From contig NC_043020.1 in NCBI RefSeq assembly GCF_006345805.1, forward strand, positions 23,312,001-23,376,000: a stretch of 64,000 nt of DNA, in the 5' to 3' direction. The notes under the pieces were generated by a model. That model was not told the origin of the DNA. It searched no databases and worked only from the letters and a program-made list of their open reading frames with translations. This DNA is from Octopus sinensis (lineage: Eukaryota). The number at the start of each line of letters is the position of its first letter. Positions within the stretch are counted from its first letter, which is position 1. This document shows positions 1-14,472 of the stretch, piece by piece. The translations under genes were made by a program, and so were the position numbers.

Positions 1-23
1 AACACAACACGCACATATACACA

Positions 24-175
24 GCGGTTTTCTTTCCGTTTCCATCTACCAAATCCACACATAAGGCGTGGCTCAGGCCGGGGTTATAGTAGAAAATACA
101 TACTCAACGTGTCACGCAGTGGGACTGAACCCAGACCGATATTGTTGGGAAGTCAACTTCTTACCACACAGCCAC
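24..175 (-). mobile_element. SINE group A (tRNA-derived head), partial
   Basis: Reverse complement of the GTGGCTGTGTGGTAAG...GGTTCAGTCCCACTGCGTG...GAAACTGAAAGAAGC head seen in full copies (e.g. 56248-56688). Confidence 0.8.
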
Positions 176-218
176 ATATATCTATGTACATACATATGTA
201 TGTTGTTATAAAAAAAAA

Positions 219-531
219 GAGCACTCCGTCGGTTACGACGACGAGGGTCCCAGCTGATACGATCAATGGAACAGCTTGCTCGTAAAATTAACCTGCAAGC
301 CGACTGAGCACGTACCCTTAACGTAGTTCTCAGAGAGATTCAGCCTGACACAGAGTGTGACAAGGCTGGCCCTTTGAAATACAGGTACTACTCATTTTTG
401 TCAGCTGAGTGGACTGGAGCAAACGTGAAATAAAGTGTCTTGCTCAAGGGCAAAACGCGTCGCCGGGCATTGAACTCACGACCTTGCGATCGTGAGCCGA
501 ATGCCCTGACCACGCAGCCACGCGCCTTCAC
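219..531 (-). mobile_element. SINE group C (head C2 + tail T1)
   Basis: Minus-strand tRNA-like head GTGAAGGCGCGTGGC...AGTTCAATGCCC, then TTGAGCAAGACACTTTATTTCACG central motif; closely similar to 50289-50614. Confidence 0.8.
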
Positions 532-1084
532 CTATATATTCTTATACGTTACATAAGGAAGCGTATATTAAAGATATAACTCGAAGGAAGCGCAGCTACA
601 AGCAGTAGCTAGTCAAAGCGTTAGGATAAAATCCTATGGATGGGAGAATAATGGAAACCTGCCTCCGGTCTACGACCTCGAATCTTCTGCAACTCAGACG
701 GAGTTGTTAGAAATTACACAAAGCAGCTCTTGTCTTCCTCCCATAAATTTAAGCGTTCTAGTCAAGCTAAGAAAGATTGTTTATGTCTGCATTTGCTCTG
801 AGACACACCGTCTATAGACACTTATTTATAAACAGTGCATCTCCATGGTTTTACATTAGTATAATATACACGCACACACATACGTAGTTTATTTAAGCCG
901 AACCTTCTGATCCCTTTGAAGTTCCCTAGGCGTTTCGCCGCTTCTTTTGATCTGTCAGATTTTGCTCATTTATCTTATACAGATTGTGTACTCTTTCTCT
1001 GGCATTTTACACCAACAACGTTTTTATATACATAATTATTCTATTTTATATACATACTTATATCCTTGTATTATATGTCAATAT

Positions 1085-1095
1085 CAATCTATCTG

Positions 1096-1160
<65 letters not shown>

Positions 1161-1335
1161 ATCTATCTATCATCTATCTAATATATATACATATTTATAC
1201 ATATCTATATATCTATACTATAATAATATATATATATCTATATATATATATTATATAGATATATTATTTATATATTATATATATATATATATTTATATAT
1301 GATATATATAATTTATATATATATATGTCTGTATG

Positions 1336-1395
<60 letters not shown>
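1085..1395. repeat. Compound (TATC)n/(TA)n/(TC)n microsatellite
   Basis: Directly visible simple repeats. Confidence 0.95.
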
Positions 1396-1396
<1 letters not shown>

Positions 1397-1560
1397 GGAG
1401 AATTCACAAAACAAAGCATAAAAGGCGAGGAGGACAGATAGTATAGACAAAAACAGACGTATTAGTTTAACGCTTGGGAAGTCCTTACGTTTCGAGGAAC
1501 ACAGAAAGAAACAAGGAGAGAAATAAAGAATGTATAGTGGCTAGCGATCTATCATGGCGA
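1396..1560 (-). mobile_element. Short (TA)n-embedded repeat family D, hammerhead region partly deleted
   Basis: Reverse complement matches 34053-34230 and 48880-49052; retains GAAACGTA. Confidence 0.65.
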
Positions 1561-1588
1561 ATGATATATATATAATATATATATATAT

Positions 1589-1640
<52 letters not shown>

Positions 1641-1656
1641 ATATATACATCCATCA

Positions 1657-1822
1657 ATATTTACTTCTAGCAAGACGTGAATATATTATTAGTCTCACTA
1701 GATACGATGTTATATATATATATGTACGTACATACATGCATATATATATTATTGTTTATATGACATCGTATCTAGTGAGACTAATTACAACAATATATTG
1801 ACGTCTTGGTAGAAGGAAATAT
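1657..1822. repeat. Inverted repeat, ~60-bp arms around a TA-rich microsatellite
   Basis: TTAGTCTCACTAGATACGATGT / ACATCGTATCTAGTGAGACTAA plus the outer CAAGACGT / ACGTCTTG segments pair. Confidence 0.85.
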
Positions 1823-1993
1823 GGCCAAAATCTGTGCAGAGATTTCTATACAAAACTAATGTAAATCGTGAAACGACTTGTGTTTTTCTAAGCAAACCTC
1901 TACGACAGAAGCAGCGACGATCTTCCTATGAATCATTCATAGGAAAACAAAACTGGTTTTATTTGTCATTCAATGGAGCAAGCATATGTAACA

Positions 1994-2068
1994 GCAGCCG
2001 TAGCAGTAGTAGTAGTAGTATTAGTAGTAGTAGTAGTGGTGTTGGTGGTGGTGGTGGTTGTGGTAGTG

Positions 2069-2116
<48 letters not shown>

Positions 2117-2237
2117 TTGGCTAGAATATATTCATCGGGATTAAAAGTACTAAGCACCTTGTATATGATTAATGTCACTAGAAGTTTATGCGCATGTCAG
2201 GACCATCGCTGATTTTATCGTAAATAAATATATATAT

Positions 2238-2273
<36 letters not shown>

Positions 2274-2298
2274 ACTACTACTACTACTACTACTACTA
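1994..2298. repeat. (TAG)n/(GGT)n and (TAC)n trinucleotide tracts
   Basis: Directly visible. Confidence 0.9.
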
Positions 2299-2523
2299 TG
2301 ATTTCCATTAATAACATGATGGAAAGAAAAAAAGGAAAAATATTTAAAAAAAAGAAAAAAAAAGAAAAAATATGTACGAGAGGTCTTCTCAGCTCATTTG
2401 GGATCGAGAACAACTACAACGCCGACAGCAACAACAACTACCAATATGGCGACGACATCAATAATGGAAATGACAGCAACAATAGCTATTACCCAATGAA
2501 TATATGAAGTAGGAACCTCGTTG

Positions 2524-2623
2524 NNNNNNNNNNNNNNNNNNNNNNNNNNNNNNNNNNNNNNNNNNNNNNNNNNNNNNNNNNNNNNNNNNNNNNNNNNNNN
2601 NNNNNNNNNNNNNNNNNNNNNNN
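2524..2623. other. Assembly gap (100 N)
   Basis: Run of exactly 100 N, a typical scaffolding placeholder. Confidence 0.99.
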
Positions 2624-3237
2624 TTGATTTTGTTTGTATTTGGAAGTACGGAAGAATTTAAAGCTGCAATAGAACCCGTGACACCATGTAGAAAAAAGTT
2701 TCGTGTAGTTTATTTAGTAATTGCGGTGAATTATGTACAGTATTACACTGCAATTCAAATACATTCAGCGATGATTCTGAAATATAGACAGGGAAGTGCT
2801 GAACTCGTATAAATTTTACAAATGAATAGTTTTCTTACGTTTTAATAGTGATCTATATCTTCGTAAGAGTTCAGGAAGCAGCGAATGTATTTTACCTAAT
2901 TTTAATTGTGTTGTTCCATCAAATAGCTCACTTTATTAATTTAATCAGACACCCGAATATTTCATCTCCATTATTATAAAATTATGTAAATGCTTCCTAG
3001 CTTTCTATGACGTTACGTGTTTGGCCAAAGACTACGCTGTTCTGCTTCGTCTTCATTTAATTTCGTTAACGTTCAACCGACTTCGTTCATATTGTGTCTT
3101 TTGTTACATTATCGATTGAGAGGCAGAAGATTATTATTGAAACGACATAGGCATAATCATTATGAGAATGACGATTTTAACACATAAACCACGAAATATA
3201 AAATATATATATATACACACATATATTTATATATATA

Positions 3238-3490
3238 TTGTAAAAACGGTAAGCTAACAAGAGAAAGAAAGAGACCTCAATATTATGTAAATAGAGAAAT
3301 TTATCTGTAAAATAATATTGACGATTATTCAATAGCCAAGATAAAACTCTGAGTTTCGGATGCCGAGGTGGAAATCCACAACACCATCTCTTCGGTTATC
3401 TGAAGAGATGGTGTTGAGGATTTCCCCTCGGCATCCGTAACTCAGAGTTTTATCTTGGCTATTGAATAATTGTCACATATTTTACAGATA
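3238..3490. mobile_element. Asymmetric fold-back element with degenerate hammerhead motif
   Basis: Arms 3302-3395 and 3400-3490 are near-perfect reverse complements; the left arm extends ~65 bp further; CTGAAGA...GAAAC core in the two-arm consensus. Confidence 0.75.
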
Positions 3491-3575
3491 TAATAATATA
3501 TATATATATATATATATACACGCGTACACACACACACATATATATATATATAAGCACACATACATGTATACATAT

Positions 3576-3780
3576 ACTCTTTTACTCTTTTACTTGTTTC
3601 AATCATTTGACTGCAGCCATGCCGGAGCATCGCGTTTAGTCGAGCAAATCGACCCCAAGACTTATTGTTTGGGAACATAGTACTTATTCTATTATTTTGC
3701 CGAACCGCTAAGTTACAGGGACGTAAACGCACCAGTAGCAGTTGTCAAGCGATGTTGGGGAACAAACATAGACACACAAA
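3576..3780 (-). mobile_element. SINE group A, 3' half
   Basis: CTCTTTTACTTGTTTC...GCCATGCCGGAGCA...CCGCTAAGTTACAGGGACGTAAAC matches the group A tail. Confidence 0.8.
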
Positions 3781-3839
3781 CATATACACACTCATACATA
3801 CATCCATATATATATATATATATATATATATGCATTCAT

Positions 3840-3919
<80 letters not shown>

Positions 3920-4342
3920 TATTATATACATAGACACATATATGCACATACATACTTTATATATGTATGTAAGCAAATATTAGTGAATGTGTATTTGCGT
4001 GGTAGAGAAAATATACATTCTTGTCATGAAGTTGAACTACCTTGACTTCATATATCTGAGCGCCTTTTAAACGATGTCTTGGGAATTCAAATTAGATCTC
4101 AACAGAGCCCGTTTGCAAATCCCGAAGATGGAGGTTATGATCGTTGACCTGACCTCTAGTCTACATAGATTCAGCTGAGGTTATCGTTAAAATATTTATT
4201 TAAAATAATTGCTGTTTTGCAGTACTCGTTTCCACATCAAGTTGTCGATAACGGCTAAATTTAATACGCCAGACTTGCTCTACTGTACATCAACCTCGCG
4301 TTTACTTTGACTATCACAATTACGATGGATACCACAAATGTA

Positions 4343-4761
4343 AGGCGGTGAGCTGGCAGAACCATTAGCACGCCGGGCGAAATACGTAACCGTATTTCGT
4401 CTGCCGTTACGTTCTGAGTTCAAATTCCGCCGAGGTCGACTTTGCCTTTCATTCTTTCGGGGTCGATAAATTAAGTACCAGTTACTCACTGGGGTCGATA
4501 TAATCGACTTAATCCGTTTGTCTGTCCTTGTTTGTCCTCTCTGTGTTTAGCCCCTTGTGGGTAGTAAAGACATAGGTATTTCGTCTGCCGCTACGTTCTG
4601 AGTTCAAATTCCTCCGAGGTCCACTTTGCCTTTCATCCTTTCGGGGTCGATAAATTAAGTACCATTTATGCATTGGGGTCGATATAATTGACTTAATCCA
4701 TTTGTCTGTCCTTGTTTGTCCTCTCTGTGTTTAGCTCCTTGTGGGTAGTAAAGAAATAGGG
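4343..4761 (+). mobile_element. SINE group B with internal tandem duplication and 13-bp TSD
   Basis: Head GGCGGTGAGCTGGCAGAA...GTTCAAATTCC; body repeated twice; TACCACAAATGTA at 4330-4342 and 4762-4774. Confidence 0.85.
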
Positions 4762-5794
4762 TACCACAAATGTACCTACAACTAGTGTTCTTACCTGTCT
4801 CCCAGCCACCGCTACATATAGGAGGCTATGTTATCGCTACACAGAGGAAGTTATGACTACATAACAGATAATCTTTGCATTCAGTGTCGGTTGAAACTCT
4901 CTTCACTTAGTGAGCAGGTTACTTCGATAATGCCATATTTTGCGCCAAACGATTCGATGCAGTATATAATGTATAGATGTAGTGTAAACATTCAAAGATC
5001 GTTGTTATTCTTCCAAATCCTGCACTTCGCAAGGAATAGTCGATTCATGTAAAGTAGAAATTGACCTAACGTTTTTAGTTTTGGCTTGATAAATTTGGTT
5101 TGAAAATGTCGTCACTAATACTGGAAAATGTTGTCTAAATCACTGAGTGTGAAAAGAAATCTTGATACCATAGGCTAGATTTTGGCCCTTGTCAACAAAG
5201 AAACAATATGATACACTAGCGTAGTGGTAGAATGTATGATAATACGGATGAAACTTTTGACGAAAATAAAATGTATTTTTGTACCACATATTTAGTACTA
5301 CATTTCGATGGAATTATATATTATTAACCAACATATTAGAGTAATTTAGTGTTAATGTATATCCATCCTCACTCCTGTTTTAAACCACTTGGCAGCGAAC
5401 CTACTCCATGCATGCTAGAAATTATCTTCTGAAGATCCAAGTATCAAGAAAGAATGACAAGATAGATTACGAAACTGAGTCAAGCGGTATAAATTCATTA
5501 TTTTGAATTGTTAAAGAGATTCAAAGTCAAACCGGTATCGTCATTGCTGTTCACTGGCTTTGGAAGTAGACTCTAGTCCCTGTGTCTACTAGTCCCTGTG
5601 TAAGGGAGGTAAGTAGTTCTGGACGTGGTGCAATTAGGGTCGATATAATACTGTCATATGAATGGTATAAGGAATGTAGTTCATTCTTTTATCTCCTGTG
5701 AGAATGGGTAGAGAGGTATGGGAGTATTCTTAAGTCTGGTATAGTATTTCTGTTGACTTCCCTTGATGGTCGTATGTCTATTTCCTTTGCTCTC

Positions 5795-6134
5795 TCTTTA
5801 CTCTTTTTACTCTTTTACTTGTTTCAGTCAAGCAAATCGACGCTGGGACTTATTCTTTGTAAGCCCAGTACTTATTCTATTGGTCTCTTTTTGCCGAACC
5901 GCTAAGTGACGGGGACGTAAACACACTAGCATCGGTTGTCAAGCGATGGTGGGGGGACAAACACAGACACGCAAACATATACACACACATACATATATTT
6001 CAGTTTCCGTCTACCAAATCCACTCACAAGGCATTGGTCGGCCCGAGGCTATAGCAGAAGACACTTGCCCAAGATACCACGCAGTGGGACTGAACCTAGA
6101 ACCATGTGGTTGGTTAGCAAGCTACTTACCACAC
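5795..6134 (-). mobile_element. SINE group A, near full length
   Basis: Matches the group A head and (GTAAAAGA)n tail in reverse. Confidence 0.85.
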
Positions 6135-6434
6135 ATCTACTCCAGCTCGTTTAATTCCACCATTTATTAATGATTAAATTAATCAGTGTTTAAATATGTT
6201 TAATAAAAAATAAAAGTATGTCTGTTTATAATAATATTCACTGACATGAATCTAACGGCCTAAAAATTAACCCCCTATACGAAAACATAAACGTACATAT
6301 GTACACGGAAGATATAAACGCTAATACCTGCATATATACATGTATACAGAATAGACGTGCAAAATATATTTATATTATATTTACATACAATATAATATAT
6401 ATATATATATATATAATATATATATATATAATAT

Positions 6435-6812
6435 ATATATATAAAGGGCAGTTTGTCTGTGTGTGTTTCGTGTGTCTGTTTGGTTGTACCCCTCACTCTG
6501 ACCACGGCTTTCAACCGATTCTGATGAAACTTGACACACACATATAGCCCAATGTCATAATTCAAAACTAACGCAGCGAAAATTTTGAAAGTTCCCCCAG
6601 TTCTGAAAAGATCGATAAGTTCGACATGGGGTCGACAATCAAAACACAAACCACAGATGGTCTAGGGGACGCAACTCGACCTTTTTAACTATCCAAAAAA
6701 AAACTACCATCATTTTTTTCCCATTTTTTGCTATTTTTTGGCTATAACTCTCTAAAGATGCTTTATAGTTATTTCCCTTACAAACCCGAGCAACACCGGG
6801 CGATACTGCTAG
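6435..6812 (+). mobile_element. Non-autonomous Helitron-like element
   Basis: 5' TATATAAAGGGCAGTTTGTCTGTG, CCGATTCTGATGAAACTTGACAC core, 3' hairpin CCCGAGCAACACCGGG and terminal CTAG|T; related to 31568-33190. Confidence 0.65.
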
Positions 6813-6822
6813 TATATATATA

Positions 6823-6972
6823 TAGGCGCAGGAGTGGCTGTGTGGTAAGTAGCTTGCTAACCAACCACATGGTTCCGGATTCAGTACCGGAAGCAAGTGT
6901 CTCCTGCTATAGCCCCGGGCCGACCAATGCCTTGTGAGTGGATTGGTAGACGAAAACTGAAAGAAGCCTTCG
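6823..6972 (+). mobile_element. SINE group A head, truncated
   Basis: TAGGCGCAGGAGTGGCTGTGTGGTAAG head with internal deletion. Confidence 0.8.
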
Positions 6973-8965
<1,993 letters not shown>

Positions 8966-8997
8966 TAGTCTGTGTGTTTCACAGGGTGGGCAAGCTC

Positions 8998-10503
8998 AAG
9001 GCAGCACCAGTCATTGCGAACTTAACAATGGGATACATGGAAATAATCATTTACCAGGAATCTCTATCAATCTTTGGAAAACTCCCTCTCTCAATACATA
9101 AAAGAGAATTGGAAACGATTCCTAGACGATTGTTTCATTCTCTGGAATGAAAACATAGATAAACTCCAAAATTTTAAAAACCTATTGAACACCAGAATAA
9201 CCCAAATATCAGTTCACAATGGAAATACAACCAAAAGGAGCTCCCGTTCTTGGATATACTAATTAAAAATTACCTTAAAATAGAAAACAGACATTTTTTA
9301 CAAAGCCACAGACGCCAAACAATACCTTCTTTTAATTCATGCCACCCAAGACACACTAAAACAAACATCCCCTTCAACCTTGCAAGAAGGATATGCACAA
9401 TAGTGTCAGAACAAAATACCAGGAACTTTAGACTGCAAGAACTCAAAAACACCCTAATTGACAGACATTACCCAGCTCAACTCATAGAGGATGGGATCAG
9501 ACGTGCAACAGAAATCAACATAGAAACTTTAAGAAAAGTTCAACACAACAACACACCTTCCCCGAAAATACTACCTTACATATCTACATACAACCCCAGA
9601 AACAAAGAAGCCTTCACCATCATCACCCCAGAATTTACCAATACTTCATAAAACCCAAAATTAAAGGAAATTCTAAACATACACCAAATCATTAAAAGCT
9701 ACAAACAGCCTAAATCACTTAAAAAGATTCTCACAAAGGCAAAATTGTCTTCTAAATTACGGATGCAAAAGTAAAAAAATGTGGTAGATCGAACTGTGCA
9801 ACAGTCCTAACCTATTGGAAGGATCAGAATTCTTCTTTAAGAGGGACAGAAATTTAAGATCAAATCTAACTTTACTGTGCCTCTGAAAACATAATTTATG
9901 TTATTAAATGCTCGGGCTGCCACCAAGACTACGTGGGTTCCACGGACTATCACTCAGGCGCAGATGCACACTGCATCGACAACAGATTGCATTCCCAGAA
10001 TATAGAATGATACCTTTTAGTGAGCACATTGAGAAATGCGCAAAGCAACTACTGCCACAATTTTTAATCTTCCCATTTTACCAATGTGCTTTCGGATCAT
10101 CAACACAAATGAGACTGAACAAGGAAACATTCTTCATTGAAAAGTACAAACCCAGACTCAACCATCCGAACATACTGACACAGAGAAATTAACAAGGAAA
10201 TGGGAAAAAAAATTTTGTAAGCGATTATCTCCCCTACACCGGAAAAATCACTCACTACCTCCCCTTATTTAGAAATCCTCTGGAAATAAAAACAACGATA
10301 ATTCCATACAATATAAACATAACGTCACAAGAAATTTGAAAAGCTACACGCGAAACCGTTAATTTCTTTAAAAATTTTTAAATTATGTCATTTTAAGGAA
10401 AGGAAAAAAATTTTTCCAATATTCTCCAGACATTTTGACACAAATATATATATTTTATAACATTTAAGCCTTCTGTCGTTTTTTCCACACTTTACTATTT
10501 TCT

Positions 10504-10507
<4 letters not shown>
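8998..10507 (+). pseudogene. Penelope-like retroelement, right arm (inverted copy of 7113-8630)
   Basis: WKRFLDDCFILW, SCHPRHTKTNIPFNLARRICTIVSE, CASENIIYVIKCSGCHQDYVGST; reverse complement of the left arm, with mostly 1-bp indel differences. Confidence 0.9.
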
Positions 10508-10541
<34 letters not shown>

Positions 10542-10544
10542 GTA

Positions 10545-10582
<38 letters not shown>

Positions 10583-11067
10583 TATATTGAGAGTATACTA
10601 CTAACGTAGATACCAACACGCTAAGAGGGACCAATGCGGTCAAAACTACTAAAAATAAACAAAATTTTACCGAATGCAAAACTTCAAAACACATCATTTT
10701 AAAAAAGAATTCAGTTACATATCACATGTGATTTCGCATTTAATGCAGAATGCATTTCATGTTCGTCAGTGCAACAACTCAAGAAATATAAGAAAAAACA
10801 TAACATAAATTGATTAATAATTAATTAATTTTACCCTCAATTGTTGAAATTATAATTCATCTCTCTCTATTAATGCCTCGGATTTTACCGAAAAAAGCAT
10901 AGTGTTTTACTGATTTTAACCCACGCTGGTGGAAAGGGGAGAGCAGAAATTCTTCGCTTGCATATTTGAGTTTGCTGGCACTGTTAGTTCGAGCAGATCT
11001 TCAGAAGCGATAAGAAGCCGAAAGGGTATGCTCCCACTTTCAGTTTTCAAATCCAACCAGGGAGTTC

Positions 11068-11120
11068 TGAGCTGATGATAGAAATGTCGAGTTTGACTAA
11101 TCTTGAAACGTACGTTCTCA
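11068..11120 (+). ncRNA. Minimal type I hammerhead ribozyme motif
   Basis: TGAG-CTGATGA-imperfect stem II (GTC/GAC, AGA/TCT)-GAAAC-GTAC-GTT-CTCA; 4-bp stem I. Confidence 0.65.
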
Positions 11121-11845
11121 AATAACCTTTGCATTTGATTTTTTAATGTCTCTACCCTCTATACTTTCGTGAGTTGAATTGAGCAAACACTATATGAGAG
11201 AGGTTTTCTTAAGTATTAGAAATAGCTTTAAAAAAGTTTTTTTAGCTACTATTTCTAATGAGTTCAGTATGCGGCAAAGTAATTTATTTTACTAAGCCCT
11301 TTTATATAATGTAATAATTTTGAATTCGCCTTAATGGTCCCTTTGCATACTGAAATACTTGGTGAAATTGATTAATAATTAATTAATTTTACCCTCATTG
11401 TTGAATATATATATATATATATAACATACATAATATATATATATATAAATATATATATTGTATCCTATACAAATATATTACATATGTGTGCATGTCTAGT
11501 ATGTATAGCTACATAAAAGTAGATACATACCAAGTATTATTATTTATCCCACCTTGCTCACTTTTAAGTGCTTACTTTGCTCTCTGTCACTATGCATATA
11601 TATATATACTATATATTTGTGAAGAGGGAGGGCGTTGTCTCAAAAGCAGTGGTTCAGGCAAAATTGTTCGCAAATGTGAAAATTTTTAGTAGGAGAAAAT
11701 TTGCACACCTACGTTAAAAGTGCTGAAGAGTCTGCATGGCAACTTTGATTTTGCTCAATCGAAAGGCGTGGCATATAGGGCTAAATTCCTCATCTTTAAA
11801 ATGTGGCCCGAGTAGACCCGAATGAAATCGGGTTATAATACTAGT

Positions 11846-11906
<61 letters not shown>

Positions 11907-12649
11907 ATATATATATGAATAGATAGAGGGATACAGTGATAGATCAATCTATCGATTGATAGATAGATAGAGAGAGAGAGAGAGAGAAAACAGATGTCGA
12001 GGCTAAGTTCTTCGAACTGTTTACGCACCATCAGTTGTTTAAATAGGTGATGCGACTGTAATCAAACATACACATAAATTGCGAAACATAATCTCCTTGG
12101 TCCAATATTCTCGTAATAAAGAAACCATTATAAGTTTTTTCTTCCTGTTAAGTGCCTCTCTGTCCAATAACAATGGTTTCCCGGATACATATTTTACTCT
12201 TCCAGGTTTCAGCTCTCTATCGGATCACCGCATCCGTTCTGGTTTTGTTATTCTTATAGTGCGCTACACAAAATTTTCTCTGATTTCATCTTTCTGTCAG
12301 ATTCTTCCGTAATAATTCCATACAAAGTTAATAAAAGATGAATTTAAAGATTTTCAGTGAAGAATATATTCTGCCGATTGCACTATAACTTAATATTTTC
12401 TTAAAGTGCAAATAACATTAAAAATACTTGTTCTCAATAATTGTAAGCTTTCCTTTCCTTTCAAACTTGACAGACATTTGTGGCAGTCTATTAAAGAGTG
12501 CCCCAGGAACTGGATGACGTTATATTATACCGCTATGACCCCTACGCGAATTTTTCCATTGATTAGAAATTGTTAATAGCATTCAGATCTATATCTCCAG
12601 CTAGGTTGCTACCTCTTTCTTTTTTTTATCTTTTTCTCTATCTATCTAT

Positions 12650-12866
12650 CTACCAACGTACCTACCTATCTACTTTTCTACCTACCTACTAACCTACCTA
12701 CCCACCTACCCACCTACCTACCTACCTACCTAGCTACCTACCTACCTGCCTACCTACCTACATACCAACGTACCTACCAACCTGCCTAACTACCTACATA
12801 GTTACCATCGGTGCATCTAGAGAGATAGCTCAATAGACACAAACAGACAGATATATAGAAAGGTAA

Positions 12867-12911
<45 letters not shown>

Positions 12912-13110
12912 CAGACAGACAAATAGGCAGAGAAGATAGATAGATAGATACATATTTAACAGTATATCTAACAACCTTGCTACTACATGTGTGAATGTGC
13001 ATGGTGTGCAGGTTGTATGTATGCCTATGCTTATGTATGATGATGATGATGAATAACCATCACCATCATCATCATCATCATCATCAATCATCATCATCAT
13101 CATCATCATT
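12650..13110. repeat. (CCTA)n, (GATA)n and (CAT)n microsatellites
   Basis: Directly visible. Confidence 0.9.
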
Positions 13111-13176
13111 CAGCCTTTAGGTATAAGTCGCATAGACACTCATATCCATGTATTTGTATATATATATATATATATT

Positions 13177-13231
<55 letters not shown>

Positions 13232-13523
13232 CCACACAGACATATTTACCTTTTTGATAAAAATGTATATATATAAATAAATATATGTATATGTATGTAT
13301 ATGTAATATATATATTATATATATTATTATATAGTATATATATATGTATGTATATAGGTATATATATATGTATATATATATATGTTTATATATATATATG
13401 TGTATATATATGTATATATATATATTTAATCCAAAGAAGAAAGCACAAAAAAACACAACAACGCGAGGACGTGGAACAAATACAGTATAATTGGACGCTC
13501 AGGAAAGAAGGAAAGAAGGAGGG

Positions 13524-13556
13524 TCTAACGTTTCGAGCGGAGCTCTTCGTCAGAAA
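13524..13556 (-). ncRNA. Minimal type I hammerhead ribozyme motif
   Basis: Reverse complement TTT-CTGACGA-A-GAGC tcc GCTC-GAAAC-GTT-AGA. Confidence 0.65.
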
Positions 13557-13585
13557 CATAGGAGAAGGAAAGATCGATATATATA

Positions 13586-13619
<34 letters not shown>

Positions 13620-13985
13620 GGTATACTTGCATATATGATAACCTGGTGATAGAACTCAATATATACATATATATTTGCGTTTCAGAATAATGCGAGAGAT
13701 ACTAACAAGTAAATGAACGCCTCTCCTCAGCTCTGAGCGCGCTGTATCTTATAGCAAAACAGCTGTAAGACAATGAATGTCATTGCTTAATCTCCTGTTC
13801 CTTAATCAGTTATTTAATTTCATATTAGCTGCAAGTCTATAAGTAACTTGCTTCCCAAAAACATTGTTTCACGTTCAGTCTCACAGTCTGACACCCTGAG
13901 TTAGGGGCCTCTACCAAATCCTTGTGAGTGAGTTTGGTTGATGGTAACTGAACGTGCCCTGTCGTATGTATACATACATGCATAC

Positions 13986-14020
<35 letters not shown>

Positions 14021-14374
14021 ATATATATATATATATGAAGAGGCCTTGGAATATATTTGTTAAGTGTCTCATTTATAACCCATATTAACTTATCACACAC
14101 GCACACCTGGCAACATGACACAATGAGATACTCATTACTACATGGCTGAAACAGCTGTAAGATGTAGTTTATAATTATATTTATATTTATTTATATTTAT
14201 TTATACATTTTGTACTTATTGTATCATATTACTCATGGATGTGCACTGTTTTGTTCCATACTATTATGTTTGACCTTGATGTTCATATGTAGTTGGATAA
14301 TAAATTATGTGAATGGGTATTATCTGTTCGTTGATTATTGATTAAGGTGTATTCTCCCATTTTCTTATTTTGTA

Positions 14375-14429
<55 letters not shown>

Positions 14430-14472
14430 GCATGTATATATATATATATGTATGTATGTATATATATGTATA

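Noticed and set aside
1994-2298. (TAG)n and (CTA)n tracts as a functional hairpin
   Set aside because: Complementary microsatellites are common by chance at this repeat density.
6519-6535. CTGATGAAAC as a hammerhead (also 32137)
   Set aside because: No stem II between CTGATGA and GAAA; it is part of the Helitron-like CCGATTCTGATGAAACTTG core.
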